Assembly (NCBI GenBank): GCA_051294375.1
Contig: CM119263.1
Span: forward strand, 7,107,645 to 7,171,644
Source: Paraspadella gotoi
Lineage: Eukaryota; Animalia; Chaetognatha
DNA length: 64,000 nt
Direction: 5' to 3'
Shown here: positions 38,471 through 52,931 of the stretch, piece after piece
Layout of the letters: every line of letters begins with the position of its first letter
How positions within the stretch are numbered: position 1 is the first letter of the stretch
Notes under the pieces: generated by a model
The model's input: only the letters and a program-made list of their open reading frames with translations
Database searches by the model: none
What the model was told of the DNA's origin: nothing
Position numbers and translations under genes: made by a program

Positions 38471-40261
38471 TACATTTGAAAGGGAAAAAAAGAAATTCAG
38501 AATGCAGGTTGCAGAAAGGTACAGATAATCTGGACATACTGACATGATAATCATGACCTTTTATGTCTTGTGAAATGGGGGCAGTAAAGAAACCTAAAAA
38601 ATTCGATCATTAAGTCAGTCAATGAACCCTTTCCAATGGGCTATTCCGCGAAATTTTTTTTCTTAATTTAAACGGATGATAAGTAAAAGAATTAAATTCC
38701 TTGTATAAAGGTTGTTATATTTAAAAAGAAAATTATCAATACAAATAAACACAATGATGTCTTGCTTTGTCAAATATGTCACCAGCTATGTAATTTTTTA
38801 AAATTTTATTATGATAAACAAGCAGCGTGTCAGCTTTTGTTTGCAGTTGAAGATAATGAAAAATGACAATTTTTTTTTCACAGACAAGAAGGTAGACGTC
38901 CAGACTGTTTATATCAATCTGAAAATATTTTTGTATTTATCATTTTTCAAATTTAAAAAAACATTTTATCCAGCTACTTCATAAATTTTTGCTTGTTTTT
39001 TACTTTAACTAAAAAATACAAGCAAATTTATAGAGTAGAGCAAATTTAATGGTAATCAAAATGTAATTTAGTCTTTCCTTTTTCAAATTACGAAAGAAAA
39101 AAAAAATTTCACATGCTTCATTGAAATTTTTAATGCAAAAAAACTGTTATACTTTTAACTCCGATTTAAATAAAAGCTGTGTAAAGTTTATGGATAAAAT
39201 TTAATAAAACTATTTCAGAGAGGTGTCCCATGATTAGGGCTTTAATTTAATACCTCACCCACTTTCCTACCTCTTTTCTTTCCAAAGTTATTTAAGAAAA
39301 CTTTTTTTTACCGTGAGAGAACTAAGGATTTGAACTACGCAGTACAAATCTTTGTTAAATAAAAATTTCAGCAAAGCGGGAGTATCTCAATTATCCTATT
39401 GTACAATACCTAAATTTTAAAATAAAACTTAAAGAAAAATTTTCCGTCCTCTAGAGACATATCACTTTCAGGTTTACCATTCGTCTTACACATTTATGGA
39501 TTATGCTGGAAGAAATCAGCAAAACGTTTCTCTTTTTTTTAAATAGTTTACTAGCGCGTCAGAAATCTAAGAAGAAACTCGAAAATTTTATTCTGACAAA
39601 TTTTGCCTTTCAAGGCTGACGTTTATGACTATATCTCGAAACCATTGTAGGAATTTAAAAACGGTTTTTTGCAAGTGAATATTGATATCATCCTCCAGGG
39701 ACCGGCATAAAAATATATAAAAAAATAAACTAATATTGGCTCTCGAGTGAGGTATCTACGTAATGAGATGTTTTGAAAAACGTCTCAGAACTTGTACAGT
39801 GTACACAAACAATTTTAGCTACGAGTACTTTTTAAAATTTTTAATTTACAGAAAGTGATAAATACTAAGATGCTTTTTGAGCATAATTTTCAAAGTAACG
39901 TTGTCACGTGATCATCAGATTATGCGTTCACATAAAAAGGTTACTTAATCGAAAAAACTCGTTTCTTTTTTTTCACATTTCTTGTACAGAATTAGAAATA
40001 CATAAAAGTAACATATTGCGTCTCTATTCGTCTACTAACAAAATAAAAAAAGGCAAAAAAATAAAGGCGAAAAAAAATGTGAGTTTGGCCAAAAAGATTC
40101 GTTTCTGTCCACTAATCTAAGCGTCAGGATTTGACCTCAAGGAAAATATTCAGAGGGAAGAAAAGATAAAGAAAGGAAAAGTCCAGAAAAAAATATGGAA
40201 AAAAAATGCTACGGGAATAAGAAAGAGAGAAAATGGAGATGGAGGGGAAAACGACATCTAG

Positions 40262-40314
<53 letters not shown>

Positions 40315-41514
40315 TGAATTTTGAATTTGAAAAACAAAAGTGCGAGCTTTAGGCTTGTACTTTAAACAGCCCTAAAAAGCTACCTTATCTTATGATTTGT
40401 AAGTATTAATAGTTTTTTGAGTTTTCATGGTACTGAACAACTGATCAATTCTAATATTCTAGTGGACAATAGGCATGGGCTCTTTCTAACTCACAATTTA
40501 AGCAGACAGAGAGAGACAGAGAGAGAGAGAGAGAAAATAAAAACCACCACGGAAAAAAATCCGAGCTGATTTGTCACATACGATCGTCGTATATCTATGT
40601 TTATTCTATTCACATTTATCAAAATACTTCTGAAAATAAAAAAAAGTCGATAAATAACATCTGATCTGATAGTGAGAACATTTCCCTTTGCGAATCACAA
40701 ACTACAAATCACTCGTAATGCTCCGGACCTTCCCTGTTTCGTGCACAATCTCTATTGGTGACCATCCGGCTTTTCACGCCGTCCCCCTACCCAGGCCTAC
40801 CCTCTTCCCCCTTTCTATTTTTCGCCCATTTTGTTTTGTTTTACATTTTTTTTTGTCTTTCATACAAAAAGAAAAAAAAAAGGGGATGGGGCGTTTTCTT
40901 TTTTTTTTTGGGTCGGACAGAAACCAATTTGAAACCAAAGTCGAGGGGAGAAAGTCGTTAAACGGAACAAGCTCATTACGAAGAAATGAAAGACTGAAAA
41001 GAGGGCGTGGTTGTGGAAGAGGGTGGGAGGTGGAAAGGGGAGGTGGGGGAGAGAAAAGGAAAAAAAAGTGGGGAAGGGGGAATTATAGGGAGAGGGAATA
41101 AGGAGAAGGAAAGCGGTAATGAAGGAGAAGATATCGCTGTTCCAAGTGTGGACGAGGCGATAGCGGGAGGTCGTAAAAAATGAAGATAAAGGTTGGCAGA
41201 ACCGTCGGCTTTCGGGAACGAGCTCGTGTATATAAATGACGAACTGTTATTGGCTTTATGCCAAAGGATTCTTTTACTGACTTATTGTAGTTTATTTTTA
41301 TTGTGGATTTAGGAAAGGATAGATGGATGGATGATAAGATCGATGGATTAAATACGTGATGAATGGATTGATTGACGCCGCCAACTGCAAGGAACGCTTG
41401 TCCAGAAGATGGCGCTGTCAGTCAAACCGTCGATGGTCGACCTGCGTCGAAAATTCTTTGAAGTTTGAACCATGGAATCTATGGAACGCTAGAGTTTCCT
41501 CTTCTCTCTCTCTC

Positions 41515-41566
<52 letters not shown>

Positions 41567-41716
41567 CTCTCTCTTCTTCTCTCTCTCTCTCCTCTCTCTC
41601 TCTCGCTCTCTCTCGTTTTCTTTCTTTTTTTCTTTATTTTTCTTACTGCTTTTCTTGGATTTTGTCAGAAGTCGTTCGAAAATCGTTTTTCTCAGAGACT
41701 ACTTTACCGAAACTCA

Positions 41717-41754
<38 letters not shown>

Positions 41755-43167
41755 TTTGCGCGTCTTCTTCGTCGTCTTCGGCGTCATTTTTGAAGACTTT
41801 ACGGTCCAAGTCAGGCATTGCATTGAGTCTCAGACATTTTAAGCCGTCGTCGTCGTTTTCGTCGTCGTCGTCGTCGTTCATGTCTTCACTTTCTTTCACT
41901 TCCTTCCTCTATTTAAAGTCACCTCACCAGCGACAGGAATCTTCACAGAATCTTTTTTAATCATCTTCACTGCTTCTTTCACTATTCATTCGTTCAGCCA
42001 TTAAAATTGCCTCTTTTTCTGTCCGACCAGTCAAACCTTCACACGCAGTTTACGAGTGCCACTTTGCTGTCTTTGTCTGTCTTTGTCTGTTTTTGTCTGT
42101 CCCTGCAGTGAGCTTTTTCTCTCCTCAAAAAAGCTTTCGTATATACGCTGTCTTGTGACTTTTAAAAAGTTAAAGATATATTAAATTAAATAAATTTATC
42201 TTTTCATATATTTATTCTTTAATTACAAGTATAAGCAGATAAACTGGTTCCAGATCCTCTTTAACCATGGAATGCTATGGAACGCGCTCTGAGCTCGAAA
42301 CAAGACCTCACATTGTCTGACATTGTCTCAGTCGATGACGAAGAGGACGACTACAACAACAACAACAACGACAACGACAATGGTTTCCACGTCTAGGACG
42401 TCGGAAAAGAAAATGAAAGAGTCAAGGGCGGGGAAGAGGAGGAGGAGGAGGAGGAGGAAGAGGATGAAGACTGAGACTGAGAATAAGAGAGAGAAAAGAA
42501 ATGGCACCAAGGGGTGAGTTTTATGAGGATGGAATAGAGTGGAAAAGGCGGAGAGGGAAAGGGAGAAGGGGTGAGGCTAAGCGGCGGTGGTGAGGGGAGT
42601 AAAGATGCGCTGGGCGTCGGGTCGCGGGTCTGAGATTATTCGCCGATAACTTGGGAACTGACTCGCCATTGCAGCGAATTAAGAAGGTAAGTTTAAAAAA
42701 AAAAGAACTGAAGCAACTGGCGATGGAAGAGAGAAAAGGTAAGGATTATCTGAAGTAAGGTACGAACTCCGTCCACATCCTTTTCTCCTTTTTATAACGA
42801 GAGAAAAAAGATTATGTTGGCTCCGCGATGGGGGGGGGATGGCGACGCGCTCGCGTAATTGAAGTCACTCGGTTTTCCCCGTTTTAATTCACGCGCATGC
42901 GCGGGAACGTCGCTCTCCACGCGATCGATGGTCGGGTTTTTTTTTAATCCCACGCATTTTTCCAAATCCCCAATGTGGGGGGGGGCGGATGATAAGGGGG
43001 GCGGAATGTTTGATTAAAATTCTATTTTTTTTCTTCGCTAAAGTTAATTGAAATCCTTTATTTTGACGGTGCAGAGACAAGAAGAGAGAGAGAGGAAGAA
43101 AAAAAAGAAAATAAGTCTGGCTCGTCGTTTTTACTTGTCAAAAACAGGCTGAGAGAGAGAGAGGAGA

Positions 43168-43261
<94 letters not shown>

Positions 43262-43306
43262 TAAAAGAAAGAAAGAGTAAGAGAAAGAGAGTAAAAGAAA
43301 GAGAGA

Positions 43307-43375
<69 letters not shown>

Positions 43376-44282
43376 TTTCGTAAAAAGCGAAAATGGCGAA
43401 AAAATTGAAAGAAATCAGCAGAAAAATTGAGTTAATGACGTCGGCTCACCTGAAGACCGAAGGAAATGGAAAGGAGGCATGAAAGGGAAAAATGGAAATA
43501 AAGGGATAAGAAGGGAAAGGAGTAGAATGGGGAGGGGAAATGGGGAAAAGGGGAGGGGAAATGGGGAAAAGAGGATGGGAAATGGAAAAGGGGAGTGGAA
43601 ATGTAAATTAGCGATCGTTTTCCGAAGGTTGATAATGTTTTTTCGCAGATAAGATTTTCAAAAAAGAATCTTACTTTTCACAGTAGGTCCATTTTTTTAA
43701 ACCGGTTGAGCAAATGCTAATGCATTTTTGATAGGATTTTTAATCAAAATGTTTTTGATTACGCTTTATGTTAAAATTATATTATGTATAAATATTTTGT
43801 TATAAATCTAGTTTTATGCTTTCATCACCCCTTATGTCACGGTACTATCACTATCATCGATTATCACTTTCGATCGCCACTCGTCACCTCGTCTTTTCTT
43901 TTATCACCAAGTCACATTAGCCGCGATCACAGCCTCGCATCTGTGATCACCGCTCTAAAGATAATAAAGCCGGCGACTCGCGACTTCATTATTTATCTTC
44001 GTGACGGACGGACGGACGGAGGGATGGAAGGACGGAGGGGATCGATGGGGTGAAAGGACGGACGGAGAGACGGACTAACAGACAAGTGGGCGTTCGGAGG
44101 GACAGACGGGCGAACCGAGACTTGGGGGGCGAGAGACGAACGGACGGATAAACATACGGACAGAAGAAAAGAAAGGAGAGATGGATGGATGAAAGGACTG
44201 GGTGGATGAACGGACAGACCGCTTCTCAAATACTGCATAATATATCCGTTTACTCCCTCCTTCTCATTTTCCAATCTCCGCC

Positions 44283-44335
<53 letters not shown>

Positions 44336-44708
44336 GTTCCGAAGTCCCTCACTCATTGAATTCAGCCTCGGAGTCTGCGATGGAGGATTTGGAATTCATG
44401 AGATCGCCATGGCAACGACGACGAAGACGACGACGACGACGACGACGCCCATAGCGATCGGGACGGGATTTAGACTTCGACGGCGGTCGTTACGTCGAGC
44501 GTGGCGGCGCCGCCGGCCTCTCTTCGTCGTCCGCCCTGAAACGCCACCAAAGCCTAATTCTTCCCCTAACGTTTTACTGTTCGACCGCCCAACGCCGCCC
44601 CGTTCGACCGATCCATCCCAAGCCACTGCTTCCCCGTCTGCCAACCACGCGAGGTCGGTTAGAATATGTTCGATCCGGCTCTCTTGTGTACAACAGTGAA
44701 TGACTGTA

Positions 44709-44803
44709 GCCTTAAACCACCAAAGCCTGTCCAAAGTCAGGGGCAAGATAGCTTATTTATTAAATGAATGGATAATTTTTATATTGGTTGTACCAATTTC
44801 ATA
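44709..44803 (+). mobile_element. Family B copy 3, with 5'-truncated twister-like core
   Basis: GCCT-TAA-ACC-AC-CAAAG-CCTG-TCCAAAGT-CAGG-GGCAAGATAGCTT...ATTGGTTGTACCAATTTCATA; reverse complement of 27232-27326 with ~2 differences. Confidence 0.8.
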
Positions 44804-45551
44804 AGTTACTCATTTCTTATTAGGCGACTTTTTAAACTGACAAAAACAATATAGTAAATATCTTTAAACAAAAAAAGTATTCTTTCAAGTCACGTCCAAA
44901 GAATAAACCATTTTCAAAATAGAAATCAGATCTGCGATCGAAATTGGCTATTTATTCTATTCGAATTCACCCGATCTACATTTGGCTAAATAACAACAAA
45001 AAGTTACCATTTGTACTCATTTTTATCTTTTTACCGCAATTCACATCACTGAAGTAATCGCTATTTTTGCCAACAATGGGGAATGAGACGAGACAACGCA
45101 CATTTCTCGATAAAACGCGCCGCATCAACATCCAAATAATCGTCGCTCTCTTTCCAGCTCCATCAACGACCCCCTTTTCTGCATCAAAAGTACATCACCC
45201 CGCTCCCCATCAACTGCTTCTCTTCCCCCGACGATACAGACTGCATAAAATGAAGAGAATAATGCGGGAAGATGAGTCACTAANNNNNNNNNNGAGTGAT
45301 GAAACTCAGTCTGAAGATTGGAGAGAATCACCGAGCCAGTTAATTACTGGAGTTTATAGTGATTAGCAAGTCGCTGGATGATGGTTTGTGAGTGAGGGTG
45401 GGAATTATTGCTCGTGTGAGGTGAACGCCGTTTAGTTGAGTTTAGTTGAGTTCGAAGAGAGGCGACTGTTCACTGTGAGTGTTCAGTGTTCACGTCGGTG
45501 AAGGCCATCAGCAACCGTGATTATTGAAACTATCAGAGAGGAGAAGAGAAT

Positions 45552-45602
<51 letters not shown>

Positions 45603-48092
45603 GAGGGGAAACGAAATTAGGATTTTCATCCTTTTTTTTCCTTTTTCTTATTTTTTTTAATCTAATGGAAGTAGAAAGCTAATTACCTCAGGCAAAGGCT
45701 TAAGTCCTGATAACAGCTCTGTTGTTATCAGGTTTTATTCAACAGGTGGAGAGAGAGAAAATATTTAAGGCTTGAAAAATACGATAGATATATATATTTA
45801 AAGATGTTAATTAAGCGATTATTTTCTGAATCAAGCTCATTGGCATGCACTAAGCAAGTAAAGCAAGTAAAGCATGTAAAATGTACATGAAGGGGAAATT
45901 AGAAGGTCATTCTCTCTCTCTCTCCTCTCTCTCTGTGCTTGTTTGGATAAAAAACAAAAAAACAAAAAAACAAAAAACAAAAAAACAATGAGTATTTTCT
46001 GTTTCACCGAAAATGAGATGTTGACACATATCCAAATTTCCATCAATGACGAATTATTAAGAAAATAATGAAACTAAACAAGAAAATAAAATAGGCCGTT
46101 ACCCTCCAATCCGCCAACGCCGTCCCGTCATTCACGCTCGACGATTTCTTTAAGACGCTCATCTCCGATTAAAAACCATTGAATAATAAAGATTAAGGGG
46201 GAAAAAAAGGAAAGAAAAGGAAAAAAATAAAGGGGAAAAAAAAAAATCCCGAATGTTGAAAAATGAAGGTGGACGAGGGAGATAAGACGACGAGGAAACG
46301 AAGCCTTTTATATCTAGAGAAGAGAGAAGATTGAAGTCTTGATGATTAATTCCTTTTTTTTTCTTTCTTAATTTCATTTTTTTCCCTCCCTTCTCTTTTC
46401 TTTTATTATGCGAAAAATAGGTTCTTAATGAACTTCAATGTAGGATCGCCGATATTCTTTAAACATCGACTTATGCAAATATGCTTTGAGAGAGAGAGAG
46501 AGAGCGAGAGAGAGCTTCGACCTGAATCGAAAGCTTCCCCGCTCGATCGCGCGCCAACATATTAACGTCTTTTCTGTCAGTTTATCGTTGTTTTGTTTTT
46601 CCTTTGTCACTCGCGAGAGGCGCGCGCGACTGTAAGTAGTGGCGTTTGATCATTTCTGAGAAAAGGTCCGTCGCTTCTTCGGTCGTCGCCCTCGGAAGTC
46701 AGTGACTGTCTCTTGTTAGAATTTTTCATCGCAATAATTTGAATAATTAAATTCACGTAAAATTAATAGGGGCGCCTAAATTAAAGTTACGTAAATAAAC
46801 TAATTTGAAGACAGCTGAAAAAGTTGTACGTAGTTTTTTTCATTTTTGGTGAGCATAAAATTTGTCTGATTTGCGATAAATTAACTTTTCTCTCCCTTAG
46901 TCGACCTTCCAAATATCATACTAATTAATTAATTAATTACTTTATTAATAAAAAAAAAATATTTTATGATAAAAATCTACGCCGCTGACTCCGATTCTCA
47001 TGAAAGCCGAACTCGTCATTTCGTCCCATTTTGTCTTTTCTATGAGATTCGCCCTTTTTTTCGCTCTTTTCTCGATTAGTCCCCATTTTCTTAGCCACGC
47101 CCCCCAGTCGCCCCCCCAGTCGCCCCCCACTCGCCCTCTTAACCCGGATCGGTCGCCCCTTTATTTTTTCCCCTCTCCACACATTTTAACTAACCCCATA
47201 AACCCTTTTAAACCTCACTCCATCCCCCCCTAACAATTCTCCCACCCCCCCTCCCTAAACACCCAACCTCTCCCCCTTCGGCTCCCCGGATGGAAGATAA
47301 ATCGGGTGTCGAGATCTCGTGCCATCCAATCTCTCCGGGGCGAAAACTTACCCTGTAACCCTAACCCAAAGGAAGACCTCGGCTCCGATCACGAATCGCT
47401 GCATTCTTATTAGATGCAGAATTATTTTCAGGGCGTCAGTCGACTTGTTGGATGTTACGATGCGGCGTCCGTCATCAACGCTGTACGTTATACATTTTAC
47501 ATTGTGCGCTTCACGTCGTACAATTTTCCCTTTTGTTAAAAAGATAATTTTTAACGGCAACGCTTAAATTAGATTGTCATTATTTTGGTTTAACTCGAAT
47601 AAGATATATATATTACAATTTTTCATGATAATATGATAATCGCAAACTAATCAACTCATACTGTCATTTTACTGTTTGTTTCTTTACAGCCTATACAAAC
47701 GATTTCTCTGTCGGACCAATTACTTTAACCCAGTTTAACTGTTGAACCATTCTCCTGTCACCGAAAAGACGTTTATATATGCAGCTGCATTTCTCAACAA
47801 TTATTCCGCGTCGTTTTACTGCTGAGCGATCATTGACCTCTTTTGCTCTTTGTGACTAATCTCGACTAACTCACTCGTCCACCCGAATTCTACCCTCACC
47901 AAAAAATTCGCACACTTCCCCTCACCCCTCACCACAAATTCACACACTCCACACTCGGACCCTTACCCACACCCATACCCACAATATTACCCACACCCTC
48001 AGTCCCTCACCCAACTTCGCTCCGCTTCTCATTAACTCGGACTCGACTCGACCCTCCGTTCGGCTCGAGAAAAAAAACGTGAAGACGGTTGC

Positions 48093-48218
<126 letters not shown>

Positions 48219-49643
48219 TGCCCGACCGGTTCGCCTTCGTTTATGCAAATCAGTCGCCATCCCTTTTTTTTTTCGCTTCTCCTCGTTTTCGCATGTTTAC
48301 AACGCATCGTTGCTATGAAGTCGTTGCTATGGAGTCGTTGCTTGCGCGGTCTTTTCGTCATGGCAACGAAAGTCCGGGTTAGTTGGAGGAATTGAGAGAG
48401 AGGGCGTCTCCGGGTTGTTTTTTTTTCGACGTTTACTCTCCCAGTCGCTCCCTGTTTTCCAATCAAAACTTAATTGTTTCGAGCTATTTTTACTTTTGCT
48501 TCAATTTGTGTCTCGATTCTTAGTTAAGATTTTTTATTTCTTGGTCATGTTCTTCATTCCTGTTTAAAAATTTCTACAAAAATGCAACGACGACGACGAC
48601 GACGACGACGACGAAAAAGAAGATGAAAAAGATAAAATAAAAAAAAAAAGAAAAAAGGAAAAAAACGACGCGAGTGAGAAAATCCTTGGAGGTGAGTGCA
48701 GAGGTTTGGCGAACTCATCATGCGCCTCTGAGAAAAACCCAAAACTCACCTTAACCCCGAGAGAAGGATGAGGAATGAGAAGAAGAAGAGCAGGAAGAAG
48801 AAGAAGAAGAAGAAAATATAAATAGAAAAACTGGTCTAAGGTTTAAAAAAAGTGGGTAAATATCTTTATTTAAGTGGGGTAACTAACGCCGGCGCGTGAT
48901 GGAAGGAGAAGCCAAGGATATGGATAAACAACAAAATTATTAACAGGAATAAACAGACACGCTACTGCAAAAAGAATTGTGCCGTTTTAGTTGTACGTAA
49001 AATTTGTCATCACAATAGCTGCTTAGTTTATGAAAAGAAAAACGCCCTATTTTAATTTCTTTGTCACAAAAACGGGCTCCAGCTGCTCGGATAATATATA
49101 GAGGCTTTATACCCTTGATAGGAAAGTAAATGCGACGGTTTAAAAATCGTTATCTTGTTATTTATTTATTTTTTTGAAGATGCCATTTTTTTGTGCTGTT
49201 TTGATGAGAAAATAAGCCCCACCTTTTTATGGCTCATTTCTGGGCCGACGGAAGGAGAACGAATCTCGAGGTAGGAATTATTATCAACAAAAGATTTAGA
49301 CTTAAATGGGGAAGAGTGAATCGGAGGAAGGAAAAGGAGGAAGGGGGAGGGAGGAAGGGAGGGAGGAAGATAGTATTTAAAGGGATGGAGGAGTGAGGAA
49401 GTTTCTATTAAGGAGAAGAGAAGGCTTAGGAAAATTTAAAGAGATTCGAGAATGCGTAAGAGACGAAGGAAGGACGAGAGAAATGATGGTAGAAAAGGCG
49501 AAGAACCTGGTGACATTTGGGAAAAAAAATGTGAAAAATTAAGATCTTTTAAAAACAAAAATAGTATGACCATTCAACAAAGAAAAGTTTTGAAAATTAA
49601 GAAGCTAAGTTGGAATTAGTTCAACAACGATTCATTTGTATTG

Positions 49644-49688
49644 TAACGGACATGTTTCGGCTTTATTTTCGAGCCTTCATCAGCGTCA
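49644..49688 (-). ncRNA. Minimal type-I hammerhead ribozyme (Penelope/retrozyme type)
   Basis: UGACG-CUGAUGA-A-GGCU-CGAAAAUAA-AGCC-GAAAC-AU-GUC^CGUUA: complete core, 4-bp stem II, palindromic ACAUGU stem III, GUC triplet, 5-bp stem I (UGACG/CGUUA with one G-U). Confidence 0.85.
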
Positions 49689-50147
49689 ATTTAGTTTACA
49701 ACGAAACAGAAAGGATTACAATACAATGAAAAATAAGAAAAACCTTTGAAGGAAAAACTAACTTTTTTAAAAAAAATGTAAAAAGTGAGAAAAGAAAAAA
49801 AGGAAAAAGAAAAGAAGAGAAGGAGAGAGACTGATTTTTCAAAAGAGGTTTTAAGGTGAGTTCAGTTGGGAGAAAGAAGCGTCCGGGTAAGGCGATACAA
49901 CGAAGACACGAAAGTCGTTCCGCTCGACAGTGTTGTGCTGCAGACTCAGATTCGTAGCGATAATGGGTTCACGGGGTTTTTCTTTTAAGCTTAAACGTTA
50001 GAAATTTAAGTTGTTGTTTAAAATATAAATAATTTAATAGTATGGTCCAAAAGGTGAAAATTTTCTCTGTTTAAAGTCACCCTAAAACACAGAAAATTAC
50101 ATAAAAGTCGGAAAGAACCGCAAAAGTGAGGGAAGAGAGAGAGAGAG

Positions 50148-50223
<76 letters not shown>

Positions 50224-50327
50224 GAGACAGAGAGAGAGAGAGGAGAGAGAGAGAAGAGAGAGAGAAAGAGAGAGAGAGAGGAGAGAGGAGAATGAGAGAG
50301 AGAGAGAGAGAGAGAGAGAAGGAGAGA

Positions 50328-50420
<93 letters not shown>

Positions 50421-51675
50421 GAGAATCGATAACAAAAAAACTCAATTTCAGCTGGGAATTCAGCCGAAACAACTTCCTTTAACGTTATCTTCAATGACAT
50501 CGTTCCATCGACGACGACGACGACGACGACGCCAAAGACGAAGACTACGACGGTAAAAGCAACGACGACGACGCGAACGACGACGACGAAAACAACATCA
50601 ACGATAACAAAATGGGCGACAACAAGGAGTGGCTCACGTTCAACACCCAAAATTTCGTTCGTAATTCTTTTTCCTCCGAAACATCAACATCAACAACAAC
50701 AACAACGGGAAAGAGAAAAACCGAGAAAATATCTATTTTGTAAGAAGAAAGGTTACTTCTCAGTTTTTTATTGTTTTCTTTTTTCTTGTGTTTTTCCTTG
50801 TCTTTTTTCTTCGTGTCATTTTACAAAATAAGTATCAATTTATGGATTGCGTTATTTTGTGACCTTTGTCCTTTTCCGTGTTAGAGGGTGATTGTTGTGG
50901 GCGATGCAAAAAAACCTTTCTTCCCATTCCCTATGCAATTTCTTATCTTCATCGTTTTCATTCGCAAGTACTCGTCTTTTCTTTCTCTCCAAGAGAACCT
51001 AAAGGTCCCTCTTACTCTCTTTCTATCCTATTCTCTATCCGTTCCTTTCCTATCCTATTCTATTCCTTTCCTATTATATCCTATTCTCTATCCGATCCTT
51101 ACTCCTTCTCCTCATCACCTCTCCCAATCCTTTTTCTCTTCCCCCCCCCAAACTAACCATCCACATCTAACCTACTTTTCCCATCCTACTCTCCCTTCTC
51201 CCTCCCCCTTTTACTCTACCCGTGACAAAAATCCTCAACGCAACATCTTATCAGTTCAAGAAGGGAAAACCGCCGTTGCCGTTGACGACGGGGCGTCGGC
51301 ATGCGGACGGCGCTTTCGGTCGACTTCGCGGCGCGCCGAGGGGGCGCGCGGCGTAGCATGTCGGCAAAAGTCGCTTGGCCGATTCTTTTGTTTTAATTGC
51401 ATCCGATTTCTTTGCTAAAACAGATTTATCCCTTCGGTCAGGACTTCAGTGAGGGGAGAGTGAGGGAGAGGGAGGCGGGGACGGATGTGATAAGAGAGGA
51501 CGCGAGAGAAGTGGCGGTGGGGAGAATGTGGGGCAGACAGGCGGAAGTTGGCGAGGGAGGGGAGAAGTGACACGCGGTAGAAAGTAGGGAAAAAGAGTTG
51601 TCTGGAGATCAGAAGAACAATAGGAAACATGAGAGAAAAACTAAAGAAAGAAAAAAAAAACAGAGAAATAAAATA

Positions 51676-52042
51676 CGCATGTGGTCAAAAAAAATTTAAT
51701 AGTTATGACAAAAGCATTTTATTTTTTTATTCTATTTTTCTAATACCACTTCCATGCGACGTCCGCGATGAGGGAGAGAGTCCTAGAGATCGCAAATATT
51801 AAGGGTTCAGCTCCCGCTAATGCATTTTATAATTTTTTGATTTCATCAACTGTCGTGGTGTTGTACTTTGAAATATCCTTTTTCATCCTTGACGAGATGT
51901 TTATAAGATATTGCAGTTAGGCGAGTTTCTGGGCCAACCTTTGAGCACCTTGATACCGATTTCCTCATACTATTTTTGGATGGCTTTGGCTTTGTATCCA
52001 GGAGCTCTCTTCAAAGTTTAAACTTTTTTTTGACCACATCTG
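51676..52042 (-). mobile_element. Internally deleted Tc1/mariner element (367 bp) with decayed transposase C-terminus
   Basis: TIRs C(GC/AG)ATGTGGTCAAAAAAAA(G)TTTAA at both ends, TA on both sides (51674-75, 52043-44). Minus strand encodes APGYKAKAIQK*YEEIGIKVLKGWPRNSPNCN..MKKDISKYNTTTVDEIKK..RRMEVVLEK, matching the Tc1 WPxxSPDLN region. Confidence 0.85.
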
Positions 52043-52424
52043 TATATACTTTCAGTAAGATGCCTGGAAATAAAGGTAAAATTCTAAAAGTCAATTATGA
52101 ACAGCGTACCACCAGTGAACTTTTTTATAAAAAAAATTAAAAATTTTTTATTCATTAATATTTATTAGTACAATGTTGTTCATTCTTCACTTTTAGAAAT
52201 TTAATTAAAGTTAAACGGTTACAAAGATACAAGGGCCAGTGTAAAAATTTAAAACGAATGACATTAAGATTTGAAAACATTGAAATTATTACCCTCGCCG
52301 TGAAAACCTGGAGGTAATTTTGCGGGTGAAAGTCACTTTAGAACCGAAGATTCTTGAGGGTGTGAATTGTTTGGAGACGAGAGGCGATAAAGAAAGGCGT
52401 CAAAGCTCGGATATCGGAAGGGGC

Positions 52425-52497
<73 letters not shown>

Positions 52498-52639
52498 TCT
52501 TTGAAATTGAACGACAGAAGTGAAAGGAAAAAGAAGAAAAGTCTAAAAGGTGGAAGGGACGAATCCAAAGGTTGCTAAAAAATCTTAGACTTGAGCACAA
52601 AAAATTATTCTTATATTTTATGTTATTTTCTTTCGCCGT

Positions 52640-52931
52640 GAAGATAGAAGTGACGATAGAAGTGAGAGAGGTTGTGAATATAGAAGTGAAGATAGAAGTG
52701 AGAGAGGTTTTGAATATAGAATTGAAGATAGAAGTGAGAGAGGTTGTGAATATAGAAGTCAATATAGAAGTGAGAGAGGTTGTGAATATAGAATTGAAGA
52801 TAAAAGTGAGAGAGGTTGTGAATATAGAAGTGAAGATAAAAGTGAGAGAGGTTGTGAATATAGAAGTGAAGATAAAAGTGAGAGAGGTTGTGAATATAGA
52901 AGTGAAGATAGAACTGAGAGAGGTTGTGAAT
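52640..52931 (+). repeat. 36-bp minisatellite, ~8 copies, built of three 12-bp subunits
   Basis: GAAGATAGAAGT-GAGAGAGGTTGT-GAATATAGAAGT head-to-tail with no spacers. Confidence 0.95.

Noticed and set aside
52640-52931. CRISPR array (36-bp repeats)
   Set aside because: Units are head-to-tail with no unique spacers, there are no cas genes, and the context is eukaryotic.
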